From a virus (taxonomy: Duplodnaviria; Caudoviricetes): a stretch of DNA of 64,000 nucleotides. A model generated the notes under the pieces. The model worked only from the letters and a program-made list of their open reading frames with translations. It did no database searches and was not told the DNA's origin. The stretch lies in IMG/VR virus record IMGVR_UViG_3300021400_001698, positions 1 through 64,000 of that record; one strand, given 5' to 3'. The position numbers and the translations under genes are program-made. Each line of letters opens with the position of its first letter. The first letter of the stretch is position 1. This document shows, one piece after another, positions 34,187-45,400 of the stretch.

Positions 34187-34223
34187 AAGAGGGGAGGGGA
34201 ATAATCCCCTTCCCTTATTTTTT
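34187..34223 (+). terminator. intrinsic terminator after the MCP gene
   Basis: AAGAGGGGAGGGGA-ATAA-TCCCCTTCCCTT plus T-tract. Confidence 0.85.
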
Positions 34224-34351
34224 AATTTATGAGTAGTACGTATATGGCCTTCGGCGAGCGGCATCTCGACTCTGGTCCTGGACCAGCAGATTTATGGCAC
34301 GGCCGCCCTCTACGGTCTACGTAAATTTTTGGAGTTAAAAGGAGAATTACA

Positions 34352-34840
34352 ATGGAAGACAAAGTAAAGGTTAAGAGTTTAATTTCTCACAGAGTTGTAT
34401 TATCAGTACCTGATATGAGATTAAACAGAGTTTGGGAGAAAAAAGGAACAGTAAGAACAATCCCGTTTGATGTTTTAGAAGAAGCATTTTATGATCCCGG
34501 TGTTCAGGCATTATTTACGAATGGAATCCTTGGCATTGATGACATGGATGTAAAGAAGAGACTTGGAATTGAGCCTGAAGACGCGACTGAGCCTGTGAAT
34601 GTAGTTGCTTTAGATGACGCGCAGATGTTACGTTATCTTACAGTATTACCAATTCATGAGTTTAGGGAAAAAATAAATGAACTTCCAATTGAACAAGTTT
34701 ATGAGTTAATTCGTTATGCTATCGAACATGAAATTGCTAATTTTGAAAAAGCTGAAATGCTGAAACAAGTTACTGGTATTGATATCATAAGTGCAATTAA
34801 ATTAAATAGAGATGATTTAGCTGCTCAAAAGGAGGAATAA
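34352..34840 (+). CDS. head completion/assembly protein (putative)
   Basis: Synteny after MCP. Confidence 0.6.
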   Translation: MEDKVKVKSLISHRVVLSVPDMRLNRVWEKKGTVRTIPFDVLEEAFYDPGVQALFTNGILGIDDMDVKKRLGIEPEDATEPVNVVALDDAQMLRYLTVLPIHEFREKINELPIEQVYELIRYAIEHEIANFEKAEMLKQVTGIDIISAIKLNRDDLAAQKEE

Positions 34841-34841
34841 A

Positions 34842-35273
34842 ATGACCTCAATACAAGCCGTCTATGATGCTTTTCTTACAAAGATGTTAGAAGACGAATG
34901 GTTAAATTGGACCGATGAAGAAAATCAGCAAGACTGGCGTTCGTTATTAGATGGAGCAATTCCTTGGTTTAAGTTTCCGCGCGTTAGTTTGGAAATTGAT
35001 GAAGATGGATACTTTGTTGATGAAAATATTACTAATGCAGAAATTCAAATTTTAGCAACTTATATGAAGTGTGAGTGGTTAAATAGGGAAATTTTAACTT
35101 GGGAGAATGTGAAACCCTTATACGTCGAGAGAGACTTCTCTCAAGCAAACCTAATTGATAAATTAAAACAATTACTTGAACGGGAGGAATATAAAGCGTT
35201 AAAATTAGAACGTGTTTATTATCGCTCGCGTAAAGGTAAACCTTTCGATTTTAGAGTACTCGCGGGAGAGTAA
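34842..35273 (+). CDS. head-tail adaptor (putative)
   Basis: Synteny; small helical protein. Confidence 0.55.
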   Translation: MTSIQAVYDAFLTKMLEDEWLNWTDEENQQDWRSLLDGAIPWFKFPRVSLEIDEDGYFVDENITNAEIQILATYMKCEWLNREILTWENVKPLYVERDFSQANLIDKLKQLLEREEYKALKLERVYYRSRKGKPFDFRVLAGE

Positions 35274-35274
35274 A

Positions 35275-35535
35275 ATGGAATATAATCCTACCGTACAAGA
35301 AGGCTATTATAATAATTTAAAAAATAGACTTTTTGGATTGCTTTGCGAGTATGAGAAGGGTAGAGAATGGGAGAAATTCCTTGACTCAATTTTAATTGAA
35401 CTTTTAGGTTTTGACGAAGACGAACGCACAATCAATTATTATAGATTATACCACAAGCTTGCGGCCTGTCGGTATTTGAATTATGAGAGGTTTAGAAGTA
35501 CAATTTTTGATTGTATGTCTTTACTTTCTAAATAG
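35275..35535 (+). CDS. hypothetical virion-module protein
   Basis: Start moved to ATG 35275 after GGGAG. Confidence 0.7.
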   Translation: MEYNPTVQEGYYNNLKNRLFGLLCEYEKGREWEKFLDSILIELLGFDEDERTINYYRLYHKLAACRYLNYERFRSTIFDCMSLLSK

Positions 35536-35547
35536 GAGGTTGCCGCG

Positions 35548-36285
35548 ATGGAAGATTATTATCACAATGTCTATCTAAAGCGGTTAAACCGCTATGGAAT
35601 AGATTTTCAATCTCGTATGCAGAGGCAGAGAGAGGAAAATTTTAAATTACAATTGAAGAAGTCTGTATATTATGTTGAGTTTGAATATAAGGATGAAATT
35701 CACGCAGGTGAGTTAACTCCTTTAAGACAAAATGAAACAAAGACGATGCAGTATCTGCTTACAGATGTTCATTTAGATATGCCGAATGGAACAATTTTGT
35801 TTATTCCCGATAAGGATATGGAATTGCGTCCATGGATGATTTATTATCTTGAAGATATAAAAGCTAGTGGATATAATAGGTATATCGTAATTAAAATGAC
35901 ACATTATCTGATTTGGAAAGATAGAGAAGGAAGAGAACAAGGTACTTGGGCTTACTTCTATGGGCAAGAAGATAATATGTTAAAGGATGAACTTAAATCT
36001 AGAAGTAGAAACAAGACATTATATACAGAAAATTTAAAGTTAAGTTTCTTTATAATGCCAAGGAACGAATTCCTGCGTAAAGATGATTATATGGAAGTAG
36101 GTGAAGGGCCGTTAAAAGAGGCTTATGTAGTTACGGGTTATGATATTCAATCAACTCCTGGAGTTGAATTCGTATCTGTTGACCCTCAATATGTAAGAGA
36201 TCAAACTCCGCCACCGGAACAGCAAGAAGAAGATAATAAAGATGATTTCTTCTGGATTAATAAGGGGGTAGAGAATAATGGCTGA
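35548..36285 (+). CDS. head closure/neck protein (putative)
   Basis: Synteny; beta-rich. Confidence 0.55.
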   Translation: MEDYYHNVYLKRLNRYGIDFQSRMQRQREENFKLQLKKSVYYVEFEYKDEIHAGELTPLRQNETKTMQYLLTDVHLDMPNGTILFIPDKDMELRPWMIYYLEDIKASGYNRYIVIKMTHYLIWKDREGREQGTWAYFYGQEDNMLKDELKSRSRNKTLYTENLKLSFFIMPRNEFLRKDDYMEVGEGPLKEAYVVTGYDIQSTPGVEFVSVDPQYVRDQTPPPEQQEEDNKDDFFWINKGVENNG

Positions 36286-36778
36286 ATATAAAGTTAGGAA
36301 TTGTTTAGATTTAGGTGTAAATGCACAGAAGATTATTAAACGTCTTTTTGCAAATCAAAATCTAATGAAACTTTTATATTATACTGATAAAGACCCACTT
36401 TCACATGAAGATTTGACTAAAGAGCAGATTGAAAAAGAGGTATTTGAGAAACTTGTAAAAATAGTTCCACGAGTTGGGCCTAAGGAAACGGCGCACTCAA
36501 TTATCGCACTTAGAATTGCGCGCGGCCGTCAAGATATGAATAACTCTGAATTTAAACATGTAACAATTAGTTTGGAAATATTCGTTCCACTGACTCAATG
36601 GATTATTAAAGATACGAATTTACGCCCGTTCGCAATTATGGGTGAAATTCAAAAGTCATTAGATGGAAAGAAAATTGATGGTTTAGGTAAAATGAGTGGT
36701 GGCGATTTTGACCTTGACTTTTTAACAGAAGAAATTTCCGCCTATTTAATGACTTTTACTCTTACAAGTTATGATTGA
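36278..36778 (+). CDS. tail terminator/neck protein (putative)
   Basis: Synteny; RPFAIMGEIQKSLDG pattern. Confidence 0.55.
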   Translation: MAEYKVRNCLDLGVNAQKIIKRLFANQNLMKLLYYTDKDPLSHEDLTKEQIEKEVFEKLVKIVPRVGPKETAHSIIALRIARGRQDMNNSEFKHVTISLEIFVPLTQWIIKDTNLRPFAIMGEIQKSLDGKKIDGLGKMSGGDFDLDFLTEEISAYLMTFTLTSYD

Positions 36779-37532
36779 TGATAGGGTATTACTGGGTTTT
36801 CCTATTACCTTTAAAAATATATGTAAAGTTTATCCGCCTACTGTAAATGATGTATCGGGAAATGAATATTTTAGTATCTACCATGCATTATTTACGATTA
36901 CGCAAGAAGATTTAAATGATGAGTATTTAAAAAATGAGAATATAAAGCATATTCCTACACCTTTTGAATATTTGTTATTAAACTATTATCAAGGTGGAGA
37001 AATGCAGCAGCACATATTGGATGGGTTTCAGTTTTTCTTACATGAACCTGTTACAATAGTACCAGAGATTAATATGTTACTAATTGGGAAAAGCGAGGAT
37101 GAGTTAGACCCTGATAAGGATTTAGATAATCCTCGCCTTCTCACCGAAGAGAATTATTTTGATTTTCAGAATATGATACGTATGGTAATGGGAAGTTCGG
37201 AAGTAAAGCCACCAGACCCAGAAGAACAGAATCTAGACCCGCGCATTTTGCGTTATAAGAGAAAGATTAGAGAAGCAGATAAAATACGTGCGAAAAAGAA
37301 ACAAAAAGATGGACCAAAATTTGGAACTTTATTAGCAGCAATTTGTTGTATGGGAATAGGTTTAACTCCACTTAATATCGGAGAGATAAGCTATGCGTGC
37401 GTTCATTGGTTAATAGCAATGGAACAGCAGAAAGAAGCGTATGATATAGATATACGTTCATTACTTGCTGGTGCGGATAGTAAAAAAATAAAACCAAAAT
37501 ATTGGATTAAAAATTTAGACGAAAATTTATAG
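36771..37532 (+). CDS. tail assembly protein (SPbeta YomV-like position)
   Basis: Immediately before the tail tube; C-terminal IDIRSLLAGA...KYW. Confidence 0.5.
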   Translation: MIDDRVLLGFPITFKNICKVYPPTVNDVSGNEYFSIYHALFTITQEDLNDEYLKNENIKHIPTPFEYLLLNYYQGGEMQQHILDGFQFFLHEPVTIVPEINMLLIGKSEDELDPDKDLDNPRLLTEENYFDFQNMIRMVMGSSEVKPPDPEEQNLDPRILRYKRKIREADKIRAKKKQKDGPKFGTLLAAICCMGIGLTPLNIGEISYACVHWLIAMEQQKEAYDIDIRSLLAGADSKKIKPKYWIKNLDENL

Positions 37533-37545
37533 GAGGCTATTTAAT

Positions 37546-38553
37546 ATGGCAATTATTCTTGATAAATATGCTATAAAAGAAGTCGCTGACGTAATGTTCT
37601 ATGAGTTAGACTCAAAGGGCGCACCTTCCGCTCCAGTGCTTTATCTTGATACTCTTAAGACTTCTACTCTGTCACAGAGCTCTGAAGTTGTAGATGCTAG
37701 AGGCGGAAAGGGTAATGTTAAGATTCTTTCTTGGGATACTAATAAAGAGCTGACCATCGAAATGGAAGATGCTGTATATAGTGCTAAATCACTTGGCATC
37801 ATGTTTGGTGGTGAGATGAGAGTTTATGGTGATAAGCAAGAAGTTTTAAGAACTCTGCCTTTCCGTACAGATAGTATTCAAGAAATTGGTGCCTCTCCTG
37901 CTTCTTCTACAAAAGACTTTTTAACTTTTTCTATTAATGATAATAAATTATATATTGCAAAGAGTTTAGTTACTGTCTTTAGTTATCAAGAAGCTGACGG
38001 AACAGAGGTCGCAAATCCAGTTGTAGTCGATCGTGCATCTGTTGATTGGACTACAGGTAAGGCTGGAAAGCAAACAGTTGAATTTATTACTTTTGACTTA
38101 CTTGATTGTACTTCTACTGCTGAAGCTAGAGGTACTGAAAATGGTGTAATTTCTGGTGGTGTAACTATTGATATTGGTGCTAAATTTAATTCAAACACCT
38201 ACTATATCACTGGTGATACTTATGCTAGAAACGTTGCTTCTGGTAAGGATGAGTTCCTTCAGTTCATTATTCCTAAGGGAAAAGTTTCTGCAGAAGATGT
38301 AAGTCTTACTATGGAAGCTGATGGTGACCCCGCTACTTTCTCAATGTCAGTACAATGTCTGAAGTCAGAGAGTGGTTCAATGGTTAAGTTAGTTAAGTAC
38401 AACCTTGGTAAGGGTGGTACTACTACTGGTATTGGTAATAAGGGTGTTGCTTCTGTACTTGATGATTTTGAAAGTGCTCATGATGATTATACAGAAACAT
38501 ATGCACCTATTACTGGAACCTCACAAAACGATCCTAACGTTACTTGGGAGTAA
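37546..38553 (+). CDS. major tail tube protein
   Basis: YLDTLKTS...ARGGKGN...SWD...EDA pattern; high-expression codon bias; terminator follows. Confidence 0.75.
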   Translation: MAIILDKYAIKEVADVMFYELDSKGAPSAPVLYLDTLKTSTLSQSSEVVDARGGKGNVKILSWDTNKELTIEMEDAVYSAKSLGIMFGGEMRVYGDKQEVLRTLPFRTDSIQEIGASPASSTKDFLTFSINDNKLYIAKSLVTVFSYQEADGTEVANPVVVDRASVDWTTGKAGKQTVEFITFDLLDCTSTAEARGTENGVISGGVTIDIGAKFNSNTYYITGDTYARNVASGKDEFLQFIIPKGKVSAEDVSLTMEADGDPATFSMSVQCLKSESGSMVKLVKYNLGKGGTTTGIGNKGVASVLDDFESAHDDYTETYAPITGTSQNDPNVTWE

Positions 38554-38623
38554 TTTAATAATTAAAACTAATGGCGGGGAGGCGGCGAGCCTCTCCGTCT
38601 TTTATTTATAGGAGATAAAATAA

Positions 38624-39427
38624 ATGGATAATCAATTCGGAATGCAAGAGCTATACTCAGTGCAACTAAAAGCGACTTATCCTATAGAGGTAAATGGAAA
38701 ACAAATTGCGGCTGGTGAAGTAGTTGCCGCATTTGATAAGATAATGATGAGTAGGTTTGATGAGATAAATCGTCAGGTAGCCGCGCAAGGTGGTTACTTT
38801 AACCGAAAATTAGTTGTCTTTACGAGGACTGAAGGAGTAAACCTTGCGTTTACGCAAGGGATTTTTTCAAAGAGTCAGTTTGGACTTATGAATAATTCAA
38901 AGTTATTAAATATAGATACAGATACTAAATCAGTTTTAATCTCACAACGTGATGAGTTAGAAACAGATGAAGATGGTATTATTGAATTAACTCATAAGCC
39001 TGCTGACAAATGGATTTTTATTTACAATAAAGAAACTGGTGAGAAAATAACTGGCGCACAGATGCTAGATGAAATACATATACAAACTCCTTTAGTTTAT
39101 ACAGACGTTATTGTAGATTATACTTATGAGTATAAAAATACAGTTACGCAAGCAATTATAGGCGATCCGTTTATGGAAGGATATTTGAGTTTAGAGGGTC
39201 GTACAAGATTCAAAGATGACGTAACTGGTGAAACACACACTGCAATTATTAAGATTCCAAAATTAAAAATAACGTCAAGTTTGAATCTGACTTTAGGAGA
39301 AAATGCACAACCAGTTGTGGGAGTTTTTGAAGGTGTGGCTTTACCGATTGGAAGAAGTCATGAATTGAAAGCGGTAGAGATTTTCTTTTTAGAAGATGAT
39401 ATAGATGAGGATGATGAATGGCGTTAA
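38624..39427 (+). CDS. second tail-tube-like protein
   Basis: FGMQE N-terminus, AQGG, SLEGRTRFKD...IPKLK parallel the tube protein. Confidence 0.6.
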   Translation: MDNQFGMQELYSVQLKATYPIEVNGKQIAAGEVVAAFDKIMMSRFDEINRQVAAQGGYFNRKLVVFTRTEGVNLAFTQGIFSKSQFGLMNNSKLLNIDTDTKSVLISQRDELETDEDGIIELTHKPADKWIFIYNKETGEKITGAQMLDEIHIQTPLVYTDVIVDYTYEYKNTVTQAIIGDPFMEGYLSLEGRTRFKDDVTGETHTAIIKIPKLKITSSLNLTLGENAQPVVGVFEGVALPIGRSHELKAVEIFFLEDDIDEDDEWR

Positions 39428-39469
39428 TTTTTAATTGACGCTATTTTTTATTATAAGGAGGGAGAAAGG

Positions 39470-42400
39470 ATGGCAGACACCTTTACCTTTACGATTAAAC
39501 CTATAACTGATTTATCGGATGTAAAGGCAAATGTTGGTGAAATACAAAAAGCCTTTAGTAAATTAAAACTACCTGATAAATTAGGCGAAGGACTAAATAA
39601 AAATATTAAAAGCTTTTTTACGGAATTTGAGAAATATGAATCAAAAGTAAAAGAAGGCATTAAAACATCAGGTGATTATCGTCAAGCAGAAAGCTCTTTA
39701 AATAAAATTAATTCTCTTTATTCAGAAATTGTAAAGGATATACAAACTATTTCTAAAGGAGATTTAAGTGATGTCTTTGATTTAGATTCTGGTGAATTTA
39801 AAGTAGTTGGCGATCAAATTAAAGAGATTGTTAAACAGCTTGATAATATTAAAATTGATCCTAATAAGATTACGGGACCAATTGAGCAATTAAGAAGTCT
39901 TATAAAAAATGATAAAGTTTCTGGCAAAACCGGTATTTTAAATAACTTAATAGGACATGTTGAAAAAGGTGAATTAGATGAGGCAAAAGCTGCTTTATCT
40001 GATTTAGAAAAGTATATTAAAAAAGTTAGTTTACCAGAAGGGCAGACCGAAAGAATAGTCGGCAAGATGACTCGTAGTCACAGCGATGCAGCGCGAGAAG
40101 CATTAACCGTAATTCAACAAGTCTTTGCCGAGGCTCAAAATAAAGGATTACCATTAGAACAAACATTAGATACTTTAAGGCAACGTTTTCAAGACGTTCA
40201 AAATAGTTCTGCTAATTCTTTAAGAGATTTTACTACACAAGCGGGTGAATCTGTCGAAGCCACAGAATCTTTAGTTGGGGCTTTACAAAAAGCTCATAAG
40301 GAAGATTTTAACTTTGATAACCAAGTTAAATCAATAGATAGACAGATACAAAGTTATTTTGGTCTTGGCCAAATGATTCATAAAGTTGGTAATATCGCGC
40401 GTGATGCTTTTGGCACTATTCAAGAATTAGATAAAGCCATGACTGAAACTGCAGTAGTTACCAATTTTGACGTTGGTGATATGTGGGAAAAGTTACCTTT
40501 ATATACAGCACAAGCCAACAAACTTGGTTCATCTATTAAAGATGTATATGAAGCAACAACTCTTTATTATCAACAGGGTTTAAATACAACTCAATCTATG
40601 GGATTAGCAGTAGAGACATTAAAAATGGCTCGTATTGCTAATATGAGTGCAAAAGATGCCACTGATGCAATGACTGCAGCACTTCGTGGTTTTAATTTAG
40701 AATTGAACCAAACATCTGCTCAACGTATTAATGACGTTTATTCTGAATTAGCTGCTATCACGGCATCAGATACTCAAGAAATTAGTACTGCTATGGAAAA
40801 GGTTGCTTCTCTTGCTCATAACGCGGGTATGGAAGTTGAAACAACATCTGCTTTCTTAGCACAAATGATTGAAACAACCCGTGAAGCACCTGAAAACTTA
40901 GGTACTGCTTTAAAAACTGTAGTAGCTAGATTCCAAGAAATGAAGCAAGACCCTACAAAATTAATTGATTCTGAAGGGGTAATGCTTGATGCTAATAAGG
41001 TTGATAAAGCATTAAAATCTATTGGGGTTAATCTTTTAGATACAAATGGACAATTTAGAAAATTAGACGATGTTTTTCTTGAAATAGCCTCTAAATGGGA
41101 TACTATGTCAATGGGTCAGCAAAGATATATTGCTACTATGGCTGCGGGCTCTAGACAACAATCACGTTTCATCGCTATGATGAGTAATTATAGTCGTACA
41201 ATGGAATTAGTTGATGCGGCTTATAATTCTAGTGGTGCCTCTCAAAGACAATTTGAAAAAACTCTTGAATCTTTAGATGCAAAGTTAAACAAACTAAGAA
41301 ATGCTTGGAATCAATTTACTATGGGACTCATGAATGATGAGTTATTAAAAGGGGGAATTGATTTATTAACAATCTTTATTGATAAGATTAATGATTTAGT
41401 TGATTTTATTGGGAATATACCACCTGATCCATTTAAAGGAATTACTAAATCGTTAACTACACTTATATTAACTTTAGGTGGTTTAGGTGCAGCACGAAAA
41501 GTCTTATCAAGAGGTATCGAAAGTGGAGTTGGCTGGTTTAGAGGAGATATGAATGGCAAACAGGCCATCGCCAATCTTTTCTTTTCCCCTAAAAATGCTC
41601 TCACTGAAGCAAAAGCTGAAAAAGAGGCAGCAACAAAAGCTGGAAAAGAAGCAGGAAGTGCTTTTAGTATTGCTTATGCAAATGCACGTGATAATATATT
41701 AAAAAATAAACCTTTTATTCCAACTTTAGCTAAAAATGGAGAAATTTTAAATTATAAACAAGTTGCGAGTATGGTTGGTGAAGGAACCGAACAACAGCAA
41801 GAGGCTTTAAGACAATACCAAAGAGAAGAAATTTCAAAGGAAGATTTTGCTAAACAAGTAGGGCTGTCATTAAATAAAGACGGAGATTTCGTAAAAGGAG
41901 CAGAAATATCTACGACCAAAATAGCTCAATTTTCACAAGGGGTACAATCTGCTGGAGTTGCTTTGCAATCTTTTGGAAATATTTTACAAGGAACTCCTTT
42001 AGCACCTTTTGGTAAATTAGTTTCTACTACTGGTATGCTTCTTAGTAATTTTGGCGGTCTAGTTGCTAAAGCTGCAACTACTGCTGCAGTAGGAGTAACT
42101 ACTGCGAGTGGGGCAACGGTTACTGGAATTAGGGCTATAGGTTTAGCAATATTACAATCACCATTAACTCCTTGGATTTTAGGATTAATGGCTTTAGTTG
42201 CAGTTGGAAAATTAATTTATAATGAATTAACTCGAGAAAAACGTGAAATGGAAGCACTTGCTGAAGCAGCAAAAACTTCTAGTGATGCTTTTGATAATCT
42301 CAAAACCGCAACCGAAACCCTTAAAAATTCAATTGAAGAATTACGCAATTCTGACAGTTTATTTGACGGTCTTGTGGTAGGTACAACTGAATGGAATCTT

Positions 42401-45400
42401 GCTCTTGTTGAAGCAAATCAACAAGTTCTTGATTTAATTAAAAAGTATCCTATGCTTCAAAAATATATGACTACCGATGCTAATGGTCGTATGAGTATTT
42501 CTGAAGCAGGTTTTAAAGCAGTTCAGGACGAACAAAATAAATTATTAGGACAAGCACAAGCTTTAGATATATATAATAATGCATTACATAATGCTGCATT
42601 AGAAAGACAAGAACAAGATAAGTTATTAAAAGACGAAGGTGTTACAAAAACAAAAGCTAAAACAGTAAAACATGGACGAGATAGTTATACAATTACTGAA
42701 GAACAAGCCGATGAGATAAATTATAATGCACTTTCTGATGAAGGTAAAAGAGAATGGGAAAGTATTGAAGCTAGAATAAAGGCAGAATCTGAAGCAGCAA
42801 ATAAACAAGCTATTCGTGCTGCTTTGTCAACTAGTGGAGAATTAAATGATACTGTTTTAAATCTGTTTAGTCAGAATTTTGAGGATGCACAAAAAGCTTT
42901 TAAGGGCGAAACAGATATGTCTGTAATGAAACAGGCTTATGCAGATTTCATTGGCGGCGTTTTTGATAGTGCAACTGGAACAATTACTGATTTAAGCGGT
43001 GAAGAAGTAGATATAGACAAAGAAGCAATTCAAAAAATATATCCTCAAATTATGGCACTTCTTCACTTCCAAGACCAAGCACCACAAGTTGAAAGTGCAG
43101 TTAAATCTCTTGGGCAGTCATTTAACTCATTATTTGAAAATAAAGAAGGATCTACTTTTATTAATGATCTTTTAGACAATAATCTTGAGGCAGATGCTTT
43201 TGCAATTAATAAATTCTTAGATATGTCTGATACAGAAATTGAAAAAGTATTAGAAAATATATCTGATGAAGAAGTTAAAGCTATAATGCAGAGCGATACT
43301 GCACAAAAAAGTGATTTAATTAATTTATTAAAAACGAATGCAGATAATTTAAGACAAGCTCAAACTCAATCTTATAAAGATGCTGCAGTATGGTATGCTA
43401 AATCGGTAAAAAAATGGAATGCTGATACCGCAAAAAATCAAAGTACTTATTTAGCCAATCAAATGAAAAAAATGTCAGTTGGAAGTGCTGATGCAATTAA
43501 TAACTTTATGAACCAAATGTCTCAATCTTTTGATTCTGCAGCACTTTCTACAATGGGCGAAAGTTTATTTGATGCTTTACTTGGACAAACTGATGTAGTT
43601 CAACAAAAATTAGCTGGAATTATTAATAATGTAGATTGGTCGAGCGCGATTGAACGTGGTAGATTCTATGAAGAGTTTGAAGAAGGTACAGATGCTTTTA
43701 AAGAATTAAATGCAGAAGGACAGAAATTCATTAAAACTACAAAACAAGTAGATAAAGGACTTGATTTAACTGGAAAGCAATTCGAAGAACTTGTACAATC
43801 ATCTGATTTTCTTGAAATATTAACTGAAAAGTGGTCTGATTTCGCAGATGATTCTGGCAAAATTGATGCTAGTGGCGTTCGTGAAATGGCCAAAGAATGT
43901 GGTACATTAGGAAAACTCTTAGATTTAGATGAATTTAAAGCTGAAAACTTAGCTACTGCATTAAATTATTTCCAACAGACAGGAAGCTTTGATGGTATTA
44001 ATTCCGCAACGCTTGCTGCAATGCAACATTTTGATGCATTAGGCAATTTAGTTGGGCAAGTTAAGAAAGACATAGATGATTTTGACGAAGGCCAAGACTA
44101 TAGTGAAGGTATTGAAACATATCGTAGCCGGATGGAAGAATTACAAAAAATGTTTGAGTCCGGCCAATATAGTAATGAAAAGACTCTAAATCTGGCTAAG
44201 AATTTATTTGGAGTAGATCAATTTCAAAATTTAGTCAATGAATATGGAAGTAATAAAGCTGCAGAAGCACATTTAATGGATGCTGCACCACTATTGGCAG
44301 AAAATCTACAAGATACTGCTTTAATGGCTTTAGAATCTATGGCTAATGGAGTTAATATTTTTGGCGAAACTATTAATGATGAAATTGATGACCGATTAAA
44401 AGTAGCCTTTAATGCTGATGATATAGACCTTCAAATTGGTGATATGACCCAAGAAGAGGTTGTTGCCGAAATGGCAAAACGACTTGATGTAAGTGAGGAA
44501 CTTGCTAGAGGTATTCTTGAAGGACTAGTTGGCCAAGATTGGGGTCTTGTTGGAGATAATTTAGCTTTAGATTTAAAACGTAATGGACGTTTAAAGGGTT
44601 TACAAGAATTTGCAAAAACTCAAGATACTACTAGAGGCTTTAATACAGACAATGGTCAAATGGCTATTAGTCAAAGCGTATTTGATACATTATTAGAAAC
44701 AGGTGGTTATCTTGATGAAATAGGTACTACTTATAAGGACAGGGCCGCGGCAGAAAATGCTCTCAAAGAACAAATGATTACTGCCTTTACGGATAGTACT
44801 AATAGAACCGTTGAAGCTATTAATGTATTTGATAATACCGCTGAAACCTTAGACGGCTATTTACAAGCAAAATATGGAAAGGCTGTTAGTGTTGAAAGTG
44901 CTGCGATGCAGTTATTAAATGTAGATGCTAAAAAAGGCATTGGAGATTTTACTGCAGCAATTCAACAATTGCAAGCTGATGGTTACAATTATCAACAGGC
45001 AACTGAGTTAATTTATAATCAAGCCAAAGATTTAAATCTTCAAAAATTATTGGTTGACGGAAAAGAGGTTAATCTTGAAGATATATTAAATGTTACTGAA
45101 TTTAATGATGCTATTGACAATTTAGAAGAAGCAAGTCATTGGGAAGATGTAGGTACTATTATTGCTAATACTATTGCAGACATTTTACATGAAGCAGGTA
45201 TTGGCAATGGTTCTAATAATGATAATACAACTACTGGGAATACTACAATAGCACCAATTGAGGCTGAAGCTAAATTACATATAGTAGAGAATTTAGAAGT
45301 TAAAAAAGAAGATGCGGTAAAAAATTTAACTTATACACAAAATGAAGTTAAGGCATTAGAAGCACAAATTAATGATTTAAAACAAGCAGATCCAACATGT

